Below are positions 1-8,607 of a stretch of DNA of 44,839 nt, in pieces. Source of the stretch: an uncultured bacterium (lineage in GTDB: Bacteria > Abyssobacteria > SURF-5); NCBI GenBank assembly GCA_964607485.1, contig CAZSKP010000034.1, forward strand, positions 1 to 44,839. Direction: 5' to 3'. Positions within the stretch are counted from its first letter, which is position 1, and every line of letters begins with the position of its first letter. Position numbers and translations under genes: made by a program. The notes beneath the pieces are model-generated. The model was not told the origin of the DNA and did no database searches. It was given only the letters and a program-made list of their open reading frames with translations.

Positions 1-2
1 AT

Positions 3-962
3 ATCAGGCAGGAGTCGATCATCCGCGCCGCGATAGAGAAGGAGGCGGGCGTTCCCGTTGTGGGCTCCATCCCGAGAATCAAAGACCTGCCCTTCTCGGA
101 GCGCCATCTCGGCCTGTTGCCGCCCGAGGAGCATCCGCGCGCGCAGGTTGCTCTGGAGCGATTATTCAGAGCCGTGATGGACAATGTCGATGTCGATTCG
201 GTCTGGAGGCTGGCGGCATCTTCGCCGCCGTTGTCTCCGTGTCGGGATGCGCTGAGCCCCGCCGTCGGCACGCCGGGCGCTTCGCCCCGGATCGGTGTGC
301 TGCGGGATTCCGCTTTTACCTTCTATTATCCGGAGAACTTGGAGGCGCTCGAGCGGTTGGGCGCGCGGCTTGTCGATGTAAGCGGCCTGCGCGACAAGGA
401 GCTGCCGCCGGTGGATGCCCTGTACATCGGTGGAGGCTTTCCCGAAACCCATGCCCGAGAATTGGCTGATAACGAGAGCTTCCGCACGTCTGTGCGTCGG
501 GAGGTGGAGGACGGCCTCCCGGTGTATGCGGAGTGCGGCGGCCTGATATTCCTCGGAGAGGCCGTGGAGTTCGGCGGCAAGATTTATCCGATGGCCGGCG
601 TGTTTCCGGTCACGTTTTCCGTGGGAGAGAAACCGCAGGGACACGGCTACGTCGTCGTCGAGGTGGACAGGCCGAATCCGTTTTTCGCGCCGGGCACGGT
701 GTTGCGCGGGCACGAGTTTCATTACGCCGGCGTGCTCGAGTACAGGCGCGAGGAAGTGAAGCCGGTGTTCAACGTGAAGCGTGGATACGGGTTTGACTGC
801 GGAAGAGACGGCTTGGTGCACAAGAACGTTCTCGCCTCTTTCTGCCATGTTCATGCCTTGGGCGAAAAGGCGTGGGCCAAGGCGCTGGTGGAATTGGCAT
901 CGCGGAGGATGTGCAGCGTGAGCGGCGCATCCACCGGTAAAACCGCCGCGAAGATGCGATGA
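3..962 (+). CDS. dsrN: Cobyrinate a,c-diamide synthase family / siroheme amide synthase DsrN (5'-truncated by window edge)
   Basis: Frame is open from position 3 (IRQESIIRAAIEKEAGVPVVGSIPR). CbiA/CobB motifs ERHLGL, DSAFTFYYPENL, LYIGGGFPE, YAECGG (glutaminase Cys) and GHEFHY. The dsr context favours DsrN over CbiA. Confidence 0.85.
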   Translation: MRQESIIRAAIEKEAGVPVVGSIPRIKDLPFSERHLGLLPPEEHPRAQVALERLFRAVMDNVDVDSVWRLAASSPPLSPCRDALSPAVGTPGASPRIGVLRDSAFTFYYPENLEALERLGARLVDVSGLRDKELPPVDALYIGGGFPETHARELADNESFRTSVRREVEDGLPVYAECGGLIFLGEAVEFGGKIYPMAGVFPVTFSVGEKPQGHGYVVVEVDRPNPFFAPGTVLRGHEFHYAGVLEYRREEVKPVFNVKRGYGFDCGRDGLVHKNVLASFCHVHALGEKAWAKALVELASRRMCSVSGASTGKTAAKMR

Positions 963-992
963 GCATGCGGCGTAAAGGGTGGTTTTTCGAGA

Positions 993-1916
993 ATGAATGA
1001 CTTGCGTGTGGCGGCAGTCGTCATGAGGTCGGGTTTCGGTGAGACCGAGGCGAACCTGGCCAAGATGGAGCGCTTTGTCCGCCAGGCGGCAAGAAGTGGT
1101 GCAGAGGTCGTCTGCTTTCCCGAGATGAGCGTTACGGGGTATGCCTTGAAAGAGGAGATTCGGGGATTCGCCGAGCCGGTGCCGGGACCGAGCACGTGGG
1201 AAGTGAGCCGGATGGCCGCTGAGAACGATGTCACGATACTTGCCGGCTTGTTGGAACAGACAGAGAGCGACGGAGTGGCCATCACACAAATAATCGTCTC
1301 GCCATCGGGTGAGATCGGCACGTACCGCAAGCTTCACCTGTCTCCGGGCGAGCAGGAGTTCTTCCAGGCCGGGGGTGAGACTCCCATCTTCAGCGCGGGC
1401 GGGACCACGTTCGGGGTGCAGTTGTGTTACGACGCCCACTTTCCTGAGCTCAGCACGCTTCTGGCACTCAAGGGGGCGGAGGTGTTGTTCATGCCCCATG
1501 CCTCGCCGCCTCCGGAGTCTGCCGACGAGAAGAGGGACCGATGGCTGCGGTATCTGTCGGCGAGGGCGTACGACAACGGCGCGTTCGTCGTGGCCTGCAA
1601 TCAGACGGGAGATGGGGGAGCGGGAATTCGTTTTGCCGGGGTGGCCTTGATTCTTGACCCAAGGGGAGAGGTCATCGCCGAGACCTCGGGCGATGAAGAG
1701 AGCATGATAGTTGCCGAGCTGAAGGCCGAGGCATTGACGAGAACGCGGAGCGCGCGAATGGGATTTTTCCTGGCGCACCGGCGACCGGAGCTTTATGGGG
1801 CGCTGACTGTGCCGACGGCCGACATGAGCCTCGAACGGCATCGAGGACGGGTCGGCTCTTGTGAGGATGAGGTACCTGAAGGAGCAGGAAACGCTCAGGC
1901 AGGTTTAAGCTCATAA
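993..1916 (+). CDS. Nitrilase-superfamily carbon-nitrogen hydrolase
   Basis: E-K-C triad motifs CFPEM, YRKLHL and LCYDAHFPE; ARAYDN; C-terminal RRPELY. Confidence 0.9.
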   Translation: MNDLRVAAVVMRSGFGETEANLAKMERFVRQAARSGAEVVCFPEMSVTGYALKEEIRGFAEPVPGPSTWEVSRMAAENDVTILAGLLEQTESDGVAITQIIVSPSGEIGTYRKLHLSPGEQEFFQAGGETPIFSAGGTTFGVQLCYDAHFPELSTLLALKGAEVLFMPHASPPPESADEKRDRWLRYLSARAYDNGAFVVACNQTGDGGAGIRFAGVALILDPRGEVIAETSGDEESMIVAELKAEALTRTRSARMGFFLAHRRPELYGALTVPTADMSLERHRGRVGSCEDEVPEGAGNAQAGLSS

Positions 1917-1986
1917 ATAGTACTTTGTGGGGCTGTTGCCCATCGGGTAAGTCAGGGGCATTCAGGTGTAGAAAGGAACAGAAAGA

Positions 1987-2304
1987 ATGGAAACGATCGA
2001 ACTAGCAGGTAAGACCTTCGAAGTCGACGAGGATGGGTTCCTCCAGAATCCCGAGCTTTGGGACGATGAGGTCGCGACGGCGTTTGCGCCCACAGAAGGA
2101 ATTACGGAGATGACCGAGGAGCATTGGAATGTGGTCCATTACATTCGGGACTACTATTTGAAATTCGGCGTCGCTCCGATGATTCGTAAGCTCTGCAAAG
2201 AGACCGGCTGCAACCTTAAGAAGATATACGAGCTGTTCCCGTCGGGTCCGGCAAAGGGCGCCTGCAAGATCGCAGGTCTCCCGAAGCCGACCGGCTGCGT
2301 TTAA
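1987..2304 (+). CDS. dsrC: DsrC sulfur-relay protein (TusE/DsrC family)
   Basis: VDEDGFL start, EEHWNVV, and C-terminal GPAKGACKIAGLPKPTGCV with both cysteines (C-X10-C). AAGGA RBS upstream. Confidence 0.97.
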   Translation: METIELAGKTFEVDEDGFLQNPELWDDEVATAFAPTEGITEMTEEHWNVVHYIRDYYLKFGVAPMIRKLCKETGCNLKKIYELFPSGPAKGACKIAGLPKPTGCV

Positions 2305-2611
2305 TTCAAGCAAGCGGCTTGCGCATAGGCGCCGCGGAATAGAGATAATCCCCGCCGAGGGCTTCCGCGTGCGGATGCCGAGGAGGGGGAAGGTGAGCAT
2401 ACGCTTTCTTTCCGCGCGACTATTATTGCGCGCGCTGGCCCGCTTGGTCGATCAAACGGCGCCGGGAGTTATGTGGCATGGCCTCGACCAGAGGGTGCTA
2501 CGCCCGAAGGAGTGTCGCAAAGTCCTTCTGGAGGGTGTCGCGGCATATTGGGCGGACGCGCAATCCCGGCCAGACTATGTATCGTGGATTACGGTGTTGG
2601 AGACAGCAATT

Positions 2612-2623
2612 TGGTACTATGAT
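2612..2623 (+). promoter_or_regulatory. Candidate -10 region upstream of dsrTMKJOP
   Basis: TGGTACTATGAT contains an extended -10 (TG-n-TACTAT) and an overlapping TATGAT. No convincing -35. Confidence 0.35.
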
Positions 2624-2897
2624 TCCGGGTTTTGATGAAGGAACCGGTTGGGAGAGTTCCCCAAGAAACTCGAAGATCTCGAAGAGCAAATTCTGAGAGA
2701 TGCACCCCGATTCATCAGGAAGAGCGTTTTTAGGTATTCCCCCCATGAGTAGTTGAGTTCTGAACACTCGAGTGCCGGATGTGCCCGTGTCCCGGGGATT
2801 TGTTGAATTCTCGGGGCATGGAAGAGACGGCGGTTCCGAACCGGCCGTGTAGTGCGGAGATACGACAGATTTGAAACGATAGGGAGTTGCCCGGAGC

Positions 2898-3449
2898 ATG
2901 AAGCTGGAGAGCCTCCTGTCCCAAAAAAAATCAGCGATATTGGAGAAGTGGTTCCAGTTGATAGTGGAGACGTATCCCGCCGATACTTCGCGGTTTCTGA
3001 AGAGGGAGAAGGACCGGTTCGCAAATCCGGTGGGACAGACGATCTTGCAGGGAATAGAGGCCCTGTACGAAGGACTTCTGCGAGGGGCCGATCCTAAGGA
3101 GGCTTCTCCTTTTCTGGACCAAATCGTCAGGATCAGGGCGATTCAGAATTTTTCCCCCTCCGAGGCCGTTGCCTTCATCTTCGATCTGAAGAAGGTTATC
3201 AGGAAGGAACTGGATGCCGAGATTCGGGGAAAGCGCATCAGCACGGAGGAGATGTTGTCATTCGAGTCGAGGGTCGATGCCTTGGCTAATCTGTCGTTTG
3301 ACATATTCATGGAGTGCCGGGAGAAGGTTTACGAACTCACGGCGAACCAGTTGAAGAACAGGACGTTCAGGTTGCTGGAAAGATCGAACCTGATAAGCGA
3401 GATACCGGAACGGGAACCGGATCTCAAAGACGGCGACAATGTGACATGA
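2898..3449 (+). CDS. dsrT: DsrT (RsbRD N-terminal-domain protein)
   Basis: ETYP..TSRFLKREKDRFANPVG and IVRIRAIQNFSPSEAVAFIF motifs; canonical position directly upstream of dsrM. Confidence 0.92.
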   Translation: MKLESLLSQKKSAILEKWFQLIVETYPADTSRFLKREKDRFANPVGQTILQGIEALYEGLLRGADPKEASPFLDQIVRIRAIQNFSPSEAVAFIFDLKKVIRKELDAEIRGKRISTEEMLSFESRVDALANLSFDIFMECREKVYELTANQLKNRTFRLLERSNLISEIPEREPDLKDGDNVT

Positions 3450-3465
3450 AACGAGGTGCTCGTAC

Positions 3466-4458
3466 ATGGGAGCCTTATTTTCGTTCTTCGCAGTTCTAGT
3501 GCTGGTGGCGATTGCGCTTGTCGGGGTCGGGGCGGCAGGCTTGCATAGCCTGTTCGGGGTCGTCATCCCGTATCTGGCGCTTGTCATATTCATCTGCGGA
3601 GTCGTTTACCGCGTCGTGAAATGGGCGCGTGCGCCGGTCCCGTTCCGCATCACCACGACGTGTGGACCACAGAAGTCTCACCCGTGGCTTAAGTCAAGTA
3701 ATCTCGAGAGCCCCTCCAACACGGCGGGCGTCATAGGGAGAATGGCGCTCGAGGTGCTCCTTTTTCGCTCCCTTTTCAGGAACACGAGACTCGAACTGAG
3801 GGATGGGCCGAGGCTGGCCTATGAGTGGGAAAAGTGGCTGTGGCTGGCGGGGCTGACGTTTCATTGGTCTTTTCTCATCATCTTTGTCAGGCACCTCAGA
3901 TTTTTTGTCGAGCCTGTCCCGTACCTTGTGACGATGCTTGAGGGATTGGACGGCTTCTTCCAGGTAGGCGTTCCGGCGCTGTTCATAACCGATGTGGCTA
4001 TTTTGCTGGCCGTGACGTACCTCTTCATTAGGAGGGTTGCCATCCCGGAGATACGCTACATTTCTCTTGCTGCCGACTATTTCCCTCTGTTTCTGATTAT
4101 GGGTTTGGCTGTTTCCGGTGTGCTGATGCGGTATTTCATCAGGGTGGACGTTGTGGGTGTGAAGGAGCTGGCCATGGGATTGGCAAGTTTCCATCCGGCC
4201 GTGCCCGATGGAATCGGCGCGATCTTCTATGTCCACCTGTTTCTTGTCAGCGTTCTGTTCGCGTACTTCCCCTTCAGCAAGCTGATGCACATGGGAGGAG
4301 TTTTCCTCAGTCCCACGAGAAATCTGGCGAATACCAACCGCATGCGCAGGCACGTGAACCCATGGGATTACCCCGTCAAAGTTCACACATATGAAGAGTA
4401 CGAGGACGAATTCAGGGAGAAGATGAAGGCTGCCGGACTACCGTTGGAGAAGGAGTAA
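3466..4458 (+). CDS. dsrM: DsrM, NarI-like membrane cytochrome b
   Basis: PVPFRITTTCG, EVLLFRSLFRN, FHWSF..RHLR, HLFLV..YFPFSKLMH; several TM helices. Confidence 0.96.
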   Translation: MGALFSFFAVLVLVAIALVGVGAAGLHSLFGVVIPYLALVIFICGVVYRVVKWARAPVPFRITTTCGPQKSHPWLKSSNLESPSNTAGVIGRMALEVLLFRSLFRNTRLELRDGPRLAYEWEKWLWLAGLTFHWSFLIIFVRHLRFFVEPVPYLVTMLEGLDGFFQVGVPALFITDVAILLAVTYLFIRRVAIPEIRYISLAADYFPLFLIMGLAVSGVLMRYFIRVDVVGVKELAMGLASFHPAVPDGIGAIFYVHLFLVSVLFAYFPFSKLMHMGGVFLSPTRNLANTNRMRRHVNPWDYPVKVHTYEEYEDEFREKMKAAGLPLEKE

Positions 4459-4460
4459 AT

Positions 4461-6089
4461 ATGTCGGACATTCCAGAAGGCACCCCGAAACCTGAAAAAC
4501 TAGCAAACGTGGATTACAAGCCGTCCCGAAAGGGATGGATGGACACCCCCGTTAAGTTCAGAAAGGGCACCTATTCATACAGCGCCAAGTCGAAGTTCAT
4601 GAAATATCTCGACCTTCCTAACCCGAGGGACTGGACGCCGCCCGATGAAGACTGGAAACTGCCCGAAAATTGGAAAGAGATAATCCTCGAAGGCTTCAGG
4701 GACCGGCTCAATAAGTTTCGCTCCCTGAGGTTGTTCATGGACATCTGCGTCAGATGCGGCGCATGCGCCGACAAGTGCCACTTCTTCATCGGGTCGGGAG
4801 ACCCGAAGAATATGCCGGTGCTCAGGGCGGAGCTTCTCAGGTCGGTGTACAGGAACGATTTCACGGCGGCGGGAAAAGTCCTCGGGAGGCTCGGCGGGGC
4901 GAGAGAGCTTACCGTCGATGTGCTGAAGGAATGGTTCTACTACTTCTTCCAGTGCACCGAATGTCGCCGCTGCTCGGTTTACTGCCCATACGGGATTGAC
5001 ACGGCGGAAATCACGATGCTGGCGAGGGAACTGCTCAACCTCGTGGGCTTGAACATCGGCTGGGCCATCGAGCCCGTTGCCAATTGCTTCAGAACGGGCA
5101 ACCACCTCGGCGTTCAGCCGCACGGCTTCAAGGACAGCATAGACTTTGCGGTGGACGAGCTGGAGGAGATAACCGGCGTCAGGGTGGAGGCTCCCATCAA
5201 CAAGAAGGGCGCCGAGATATTGTTTATCACTCCTTCGGCCGACTACTTCGCTTCCCCGCATTATTACACCCTGCTAGGTTATCTGGCGCTCTTTCACGAG
5301 ATCGGACTGGACTACACATGGAGCACATACGCCTCCGAGGGCGGAAACTTCGGCCTGTTCACCTCTCACGAGATGATCAAGCGGCTCAACGCCAAGATGT
5401 ATGCCGAGGCAAAGAGACTGGGCGTGAAATGGATACTCGGGGGAGAATGCGGCCACATGTGGAGGGTCGTCCATCAATACATGAACACCATGAACGGCCC
5501 CGCCGATTTCCTCGAGGAGCCGGTCTCGCCGATAACCGGCACAAAATTCGAGAATGCAAAATCCACGAAGATGGTCCATATCATGGAGTTCACATCCGAC
5601 CTTATCAGGAATAACAAATTGAAGCTCGACCCGAGCCGAAACGACCACTGGCGGGCGACGTTCCATGACTCGTGCAACCCTTCCAGGGCAATGGGCCTCA
5701 TAGAGGAGCCGAGATATGTGATCAGGAACGTGGCCAACCACTTCTACGAGATGCCCGACAATACCATAAAGGAGCACACTTTCTGCTGCGGGAGCGGGGC
5801 CGGCCTGGGCAATGACGAAAATATCGAGATGAGGCTCAGAGGCGGTCTGCCCAGGGCAAACGCCGTGAAGTACGTTCATGAGAAAAACGGGGTCAACCTG
5901 CTTCTTTGCATTTGCGCGATCGATAAAGCCTCGCTGCCACCGTTGCTGCAATACTGGGTGCCGGGAGTGGAGGTCGGAGGCATCCACGAGCTGGTTGCGA
6001 ATGCGCTGATAATGACGGGTGAAAGGGAAAGAACAACCGATGTGCGGGGTGAACCCTTCAAGCAGGAGGAGGGCGAAGAGGATGTATGA
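4461..6089 (+). CDS. dsrK: DsrK, HdrD-like Fe-S catalytic subunit
   Basis: CVRCGACADKC and CTECRRCSVYCP [4Fe-4S] motifs; GECGH, HDSCN and CCGSG CCG-domain motifs. Confidence 0.97.
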   Translation: MSDIPEGTPKPEKLANVDYKPSRKGWMDTPVKFRKGTYSYSAKSKFMKYLDLPNPRDWTPPDEDWKLPENWKEIILEGFRDRLNKFRSLRLFMDICVRCGACADKCHFFIGSGDPKNMPVLRAELLRSVYRNDFTAAGKVLGRLGGARELTVDVLKEWFYYFFQCTECRRCSVYCPYGIDTAEITMLARELLNLVGLNIGWAIEPVANCFRTGNHLGVQPHGFKDSIDFAVDELEEITGVRVEAPINKKGAEILFITPSADYFASPHYYTLLGYLALFHEIGLDYTWSTYASEGGNFGLFTSHEMIKRLNAKMYAEAKRLGVKWILGGECGHMWRVVHQYMNTMNGPADFLEEPVSPITGTKFENAKSTKMVHIMEFTSDLIRNNKLKLDPSRNDHWRATFHDSCNPSRAMGLIEEPRYVIRNVANHFYEMPDNTIKEHTFCCGSGAGLGNDENIEMRLRGGLPRANAVKYVHEKNGVNLLLCICAIDKASLPPLLQYWVPGVEVGGIHELVANALIMTGERERTTDVRGEPFKQEEGEEDV

Positions 6090-6465
6090 TGCCGGAAAAA
6101 TCATTACCGGGCTGATCGTGTTCCTTGTCTTGATAACCTTCCCCATATGGTACAACCAGGCGAGCGGGGCCGCACTGACCAAGCCCGAGCCAAAAATCGT
6201 CACCGAGGCGAAGGAGTGCGTGGCGCCGACGGAATACATGAGGGAGTTTCATCCGCAAATGTTGAATGAGTGGAGAAACCTGGTTGTGCGCAGCGGCGAC
6301 AGAATCTATATCGGATTCAACGGGGTAAGGCATGAGATGAGCCTTTCCAAGGGATGCATGAAGTGTCATCCGAATAAGACCCAGTTCTGCGACCAGTGTC
6401 ACAACTACGTGGGAGTGACGCCCTACTGCTGGGATTGCCATATCGAGCCTAAGGAGAATAATTGA
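6082..6465 (+). CDS. dsrJ: DsrJ triheme cytochrome c
   Basis: Start reassigned to ATG 6082 (MYDAGKIITG), which overlaps the dsrK end. N-terminal TM helix and three CxxCH motifs (CMKCH, CDQCH, CWDCH). Confidence 0.95.
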   Translation: MYDAGKIITGLIVFLVLITFPIWYNQASGAALTKPEPKIVTEAKECVAPTEYMREFHPQMLNEWRNLVVRSGDRIYIGFNGVRHEMSLSKGCMKCHPNKTQFCDQCHNYVGVTPYCWDCHIEPKENN

Positions 6466-7232
6466 TGGACAGGAGCAGAAGAAATTTCCTGAAGATATCC
6501 GGAATATGTTTGCTGGGGCTCGGAATAAAACCGGTCGTCGATGCGCTTGCAGCAGGCGAGGAGCCGCAGTTCCTGCCCGACCCGAACGCCCTCGTGGGGA
6601 AACGGTGGGCCATGGTCGTCGATATCGAGAGGTGCAAGGATGATTGCACAGACTGCATAGCCGCCTGTCATCACGTCCACAACGTTCCCGACTTCGGCAA
6701 TTCGAAGGATGAGATAAAGTGGATCTGGCACGATGAGTATGAGCACGCATTCCCCGGCCGGGAGCATGAGTACGTCGAAGAGAGTCTGAAACACAAACCC
6801 TTCATGCTGCTCTGCAACCACTGCGACAATCCGCCATGCTGCAGGGTATGTCCCGTGCAGGCCACATGGAAAAGGGAAGACGGAATCGTCATGATGGATT
6901 TTCATCGGTGCATCGGCTGCAGGTGCTGCATGGCCGCATGTCCCTACGGGTCGAGAAGCTTCAACTGGAGAGACCCTCGCCCCTTCATAAAGGATGAGAA
7001 TCCGGATTTTCCGACGAGGATGAAAGGTGTCGCCGAAAAATGCAATTTCTGTGCTGAGAGGCTGGCCGTCGGCCTCATGCCTGCATGCGTGGAGGCGTGC
7101 AAGCATCAGGCGCTCGTCTTCGGCGACCTCCAAGATCCCGACTCGATGGTGAGACGGCTTCTGCGTCGGAATTTCACCATTCAACGGAAACCAGAGCTTG
7201 GCACAAGGCCGCAGGTTTATTACATCGTGTGA
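6465..7232 (+). CDS. dsrO: DsrO periplasmic ferredoxin-like subunit
   Basis: Tat signal SRRNFLK; Cys clusters [39 protein letters not shown] and KCNFC. TGATG coupling to dsrJ. Confidence 0.96.
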   Translation: MDRSRRNFLKISGICLLGLGIKPVVDALAAGEEPQFLPDPNALVGKRWAMVVDIERCKDDCTDCIAACHHVHNVPDFGNSKDEIKWIWHDEYEHAFPGREHEYVEESLKHKPFMLLCNHCDNPPCCRVCPVQATWKREDGIVMMDFHRCIGCRCCMAACPYGSRSFNWRDPRPFIKDENPDFPTRMKGVAEKCNFCAERLAVGLMPACVEACKHQALVFGDLQDPDSMVRRLLRRNFTIQRKPELGTRPQVYYIV

Positions 7233-7239
7233 GGTGGCT

Positions 7240-8397
7240 ATGTTAGAGAAGGCGCTGACTGGAAACAAGAGATACTGGGCGTGGATAACACTGCTGCTTG
7301 CCGTCATCGGTGTGGGAACCGGATGCTACCTGTATCAATTAAGGGTAGGTTTGGGAATAACGGGAATGGGCAGGGACATCTCGTGGGGGCTGTATATAGG
7401 CCAGCTCACATTCCTCGTGGGAGTGGCCGCCTCGGCGGTCATGGTGGTTCTGCCGTACTATCTGCACAACTACAAGGCATTCGGCAAGATTACCGTCTTG
7501 GGAGAGTTTCTCGCCGTATCCGCGGTGACAATGTGTGGCCTGTTCGTCCTCGTCGACCTTGGCAATCCTGCCCGGATGTTAAACCTGGTACTGTATCCGA
7601 CACCCAGGTCGATCCTGTTTTGGGACTTTGTCGTTCTGAACGGATACCTTTTGCTTAATATCCTGATCTCGTGGAACGTGCTGGCGGCAGAGCGCAAATC
7701 GGTGCCTCCCCCAACGTGGGTAAAGCCTTTGATATATATTTCGATCCCCTGGGCCGTCAGCATACACACGGTCACAGCCTTCCTGTACGCAGGTCTGCCG
7801 GGGCGTCACCTCTGGCTCACCGCCATCATGGCGGCCCGGTTCCTCGCGTCGGCCTTTGCCGCCGGCCCGGCGCTGCTCATCATTCTGTGCCTCATCATCA
7901 GGAGGATCAGCAAGTTCGACCCCGGCAGGGAAGCCATTCAGAGTTTGGCGAAGATTGTCACGTACGCTTTGCTCATAAGCATCTTCTTCGTGCTGCTCGA
8001 ATTCTTCACCGCCTTCTACAGTCAGGTGCCGGGACACATGGAGGGTCTCCGGTACCTCTTCTTCGGCCTGGAAGGGTACCATAAATTCGTTCCCTGGATG
8101 CGTACCGCCTCCGTGCTCGCGATAGTTGGGGCCCTGCTCTTGGTAAACCCGCGGACGCGAAAAAACGAGGGCACCTTGGCCCTCGCCTGCGTGATGGCTT
8201 TTGTCTCGCTGTGGATCGAGAAGGGGCTGACGCTGGTCATAACCGGGTTCATTCCCTCGCCCCTGGAAAGAATAACCGAGTACACGGTCACGGTGCCCGA
8301 GCTGCTGATCACGCTCGGCATCTGGGCGATCGGGTTTTTGGTGCTTACCATCCTCTACAAAATAGCCGTCTCGGTGAAGGAAGAATTGGCGGTCTAA
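7240..8397 (+). CDS. dsrP: DsrP, NrfD/PsrC-family membrane subunit
   Basis: Start at ATG 7240 after [32 protein letters not shown] and [11 protein letters not shown] motifs; polytopic. Confidence 0.96.
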   Translation: MLEKALTGNKRYWAWITLLLAVIGVGTGCYLYQLRVGLGITGMGRDISWGLYIGQLTFLVGVAASAVMVVLPYYLHNYKAFGKITVLGEFLAVSAVTMCGLFVLVDLGNPARMLNLVLYPTPRSILFWDFVVLNGYLLLNILISWNVLAAERKSVPPPTWVKPLIYISIPWAVSIHTVTAFLYAGLPGRHLWLTAIMAARFLASAFAAGPALLIILCLIIRRISKFDPGREAIQSLAKIVTYALLISIFFVLLEFFTAFYSQVPGHMEGLRYLFFGLEGYHKFVPWMRTASVLAIVGALLLVNPRTRKNEGTLALACVMAFVSLWIEKGLTLVITGFIPSPLERITEYTVTVPELLITLGIWAIGFLVLTILYKIAVSVKEELAV

Positions 8398-8515
8398 GCC
8401 TTCTTGTCGGGCCGTGCGTGCAAGACCATGCCCGGCGACCACACTGCTCGCCGGCTCGGTTGTCTCTTCCATCAAGCCTTCCTCCCGTCCTGTTTCGTTT
8501 CACCGCACGAAATTA

Positions 8516-8524
8516 TGCTATAAT
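8516..8524 (+). promoter_or_regulatory. Extended -10 promoter element for the kinase-HK-RR module
   Basis: Perfect TG-n-TATAAT (TGCTATAAT) in the dsrP-kinase intergenic region. An identical 9-mer at 8601-8609 overlaps the kinase ATG. Confidence 0.55.
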
Positions 8525-8607
8525 CCAGACTTGGAGGCTGAGCGGCCTGAGAGCCGCCACCCGTCCTTTTGGCAGGAAGGGAGGCTTTCTCTTGTTGGGA
8601 TGCTATA

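Noticed and set aside
162-1841. 559-aa minus-strand ORF
   Set aside because: Antisense shadow of dsrN and the nitrilase, with no recognisable motifs. Long shadow frames are expected in GC-rich coding DNA.
2474-2487. TGGCATGGCCTCGA as a sigma54 promoter
   Set aside because: The -12 element (TTGC) is missing.
2369-2635. 88-aa ORF (and 72-aa ORF 2478-2696) in the dsrC-dsrT gap as a possible dsrD or other small dsr gene
   Set aside because: No DsrD-like Lys-rich winged-helix pattern and no family motif. Not supportable as a gene from sequence alone.
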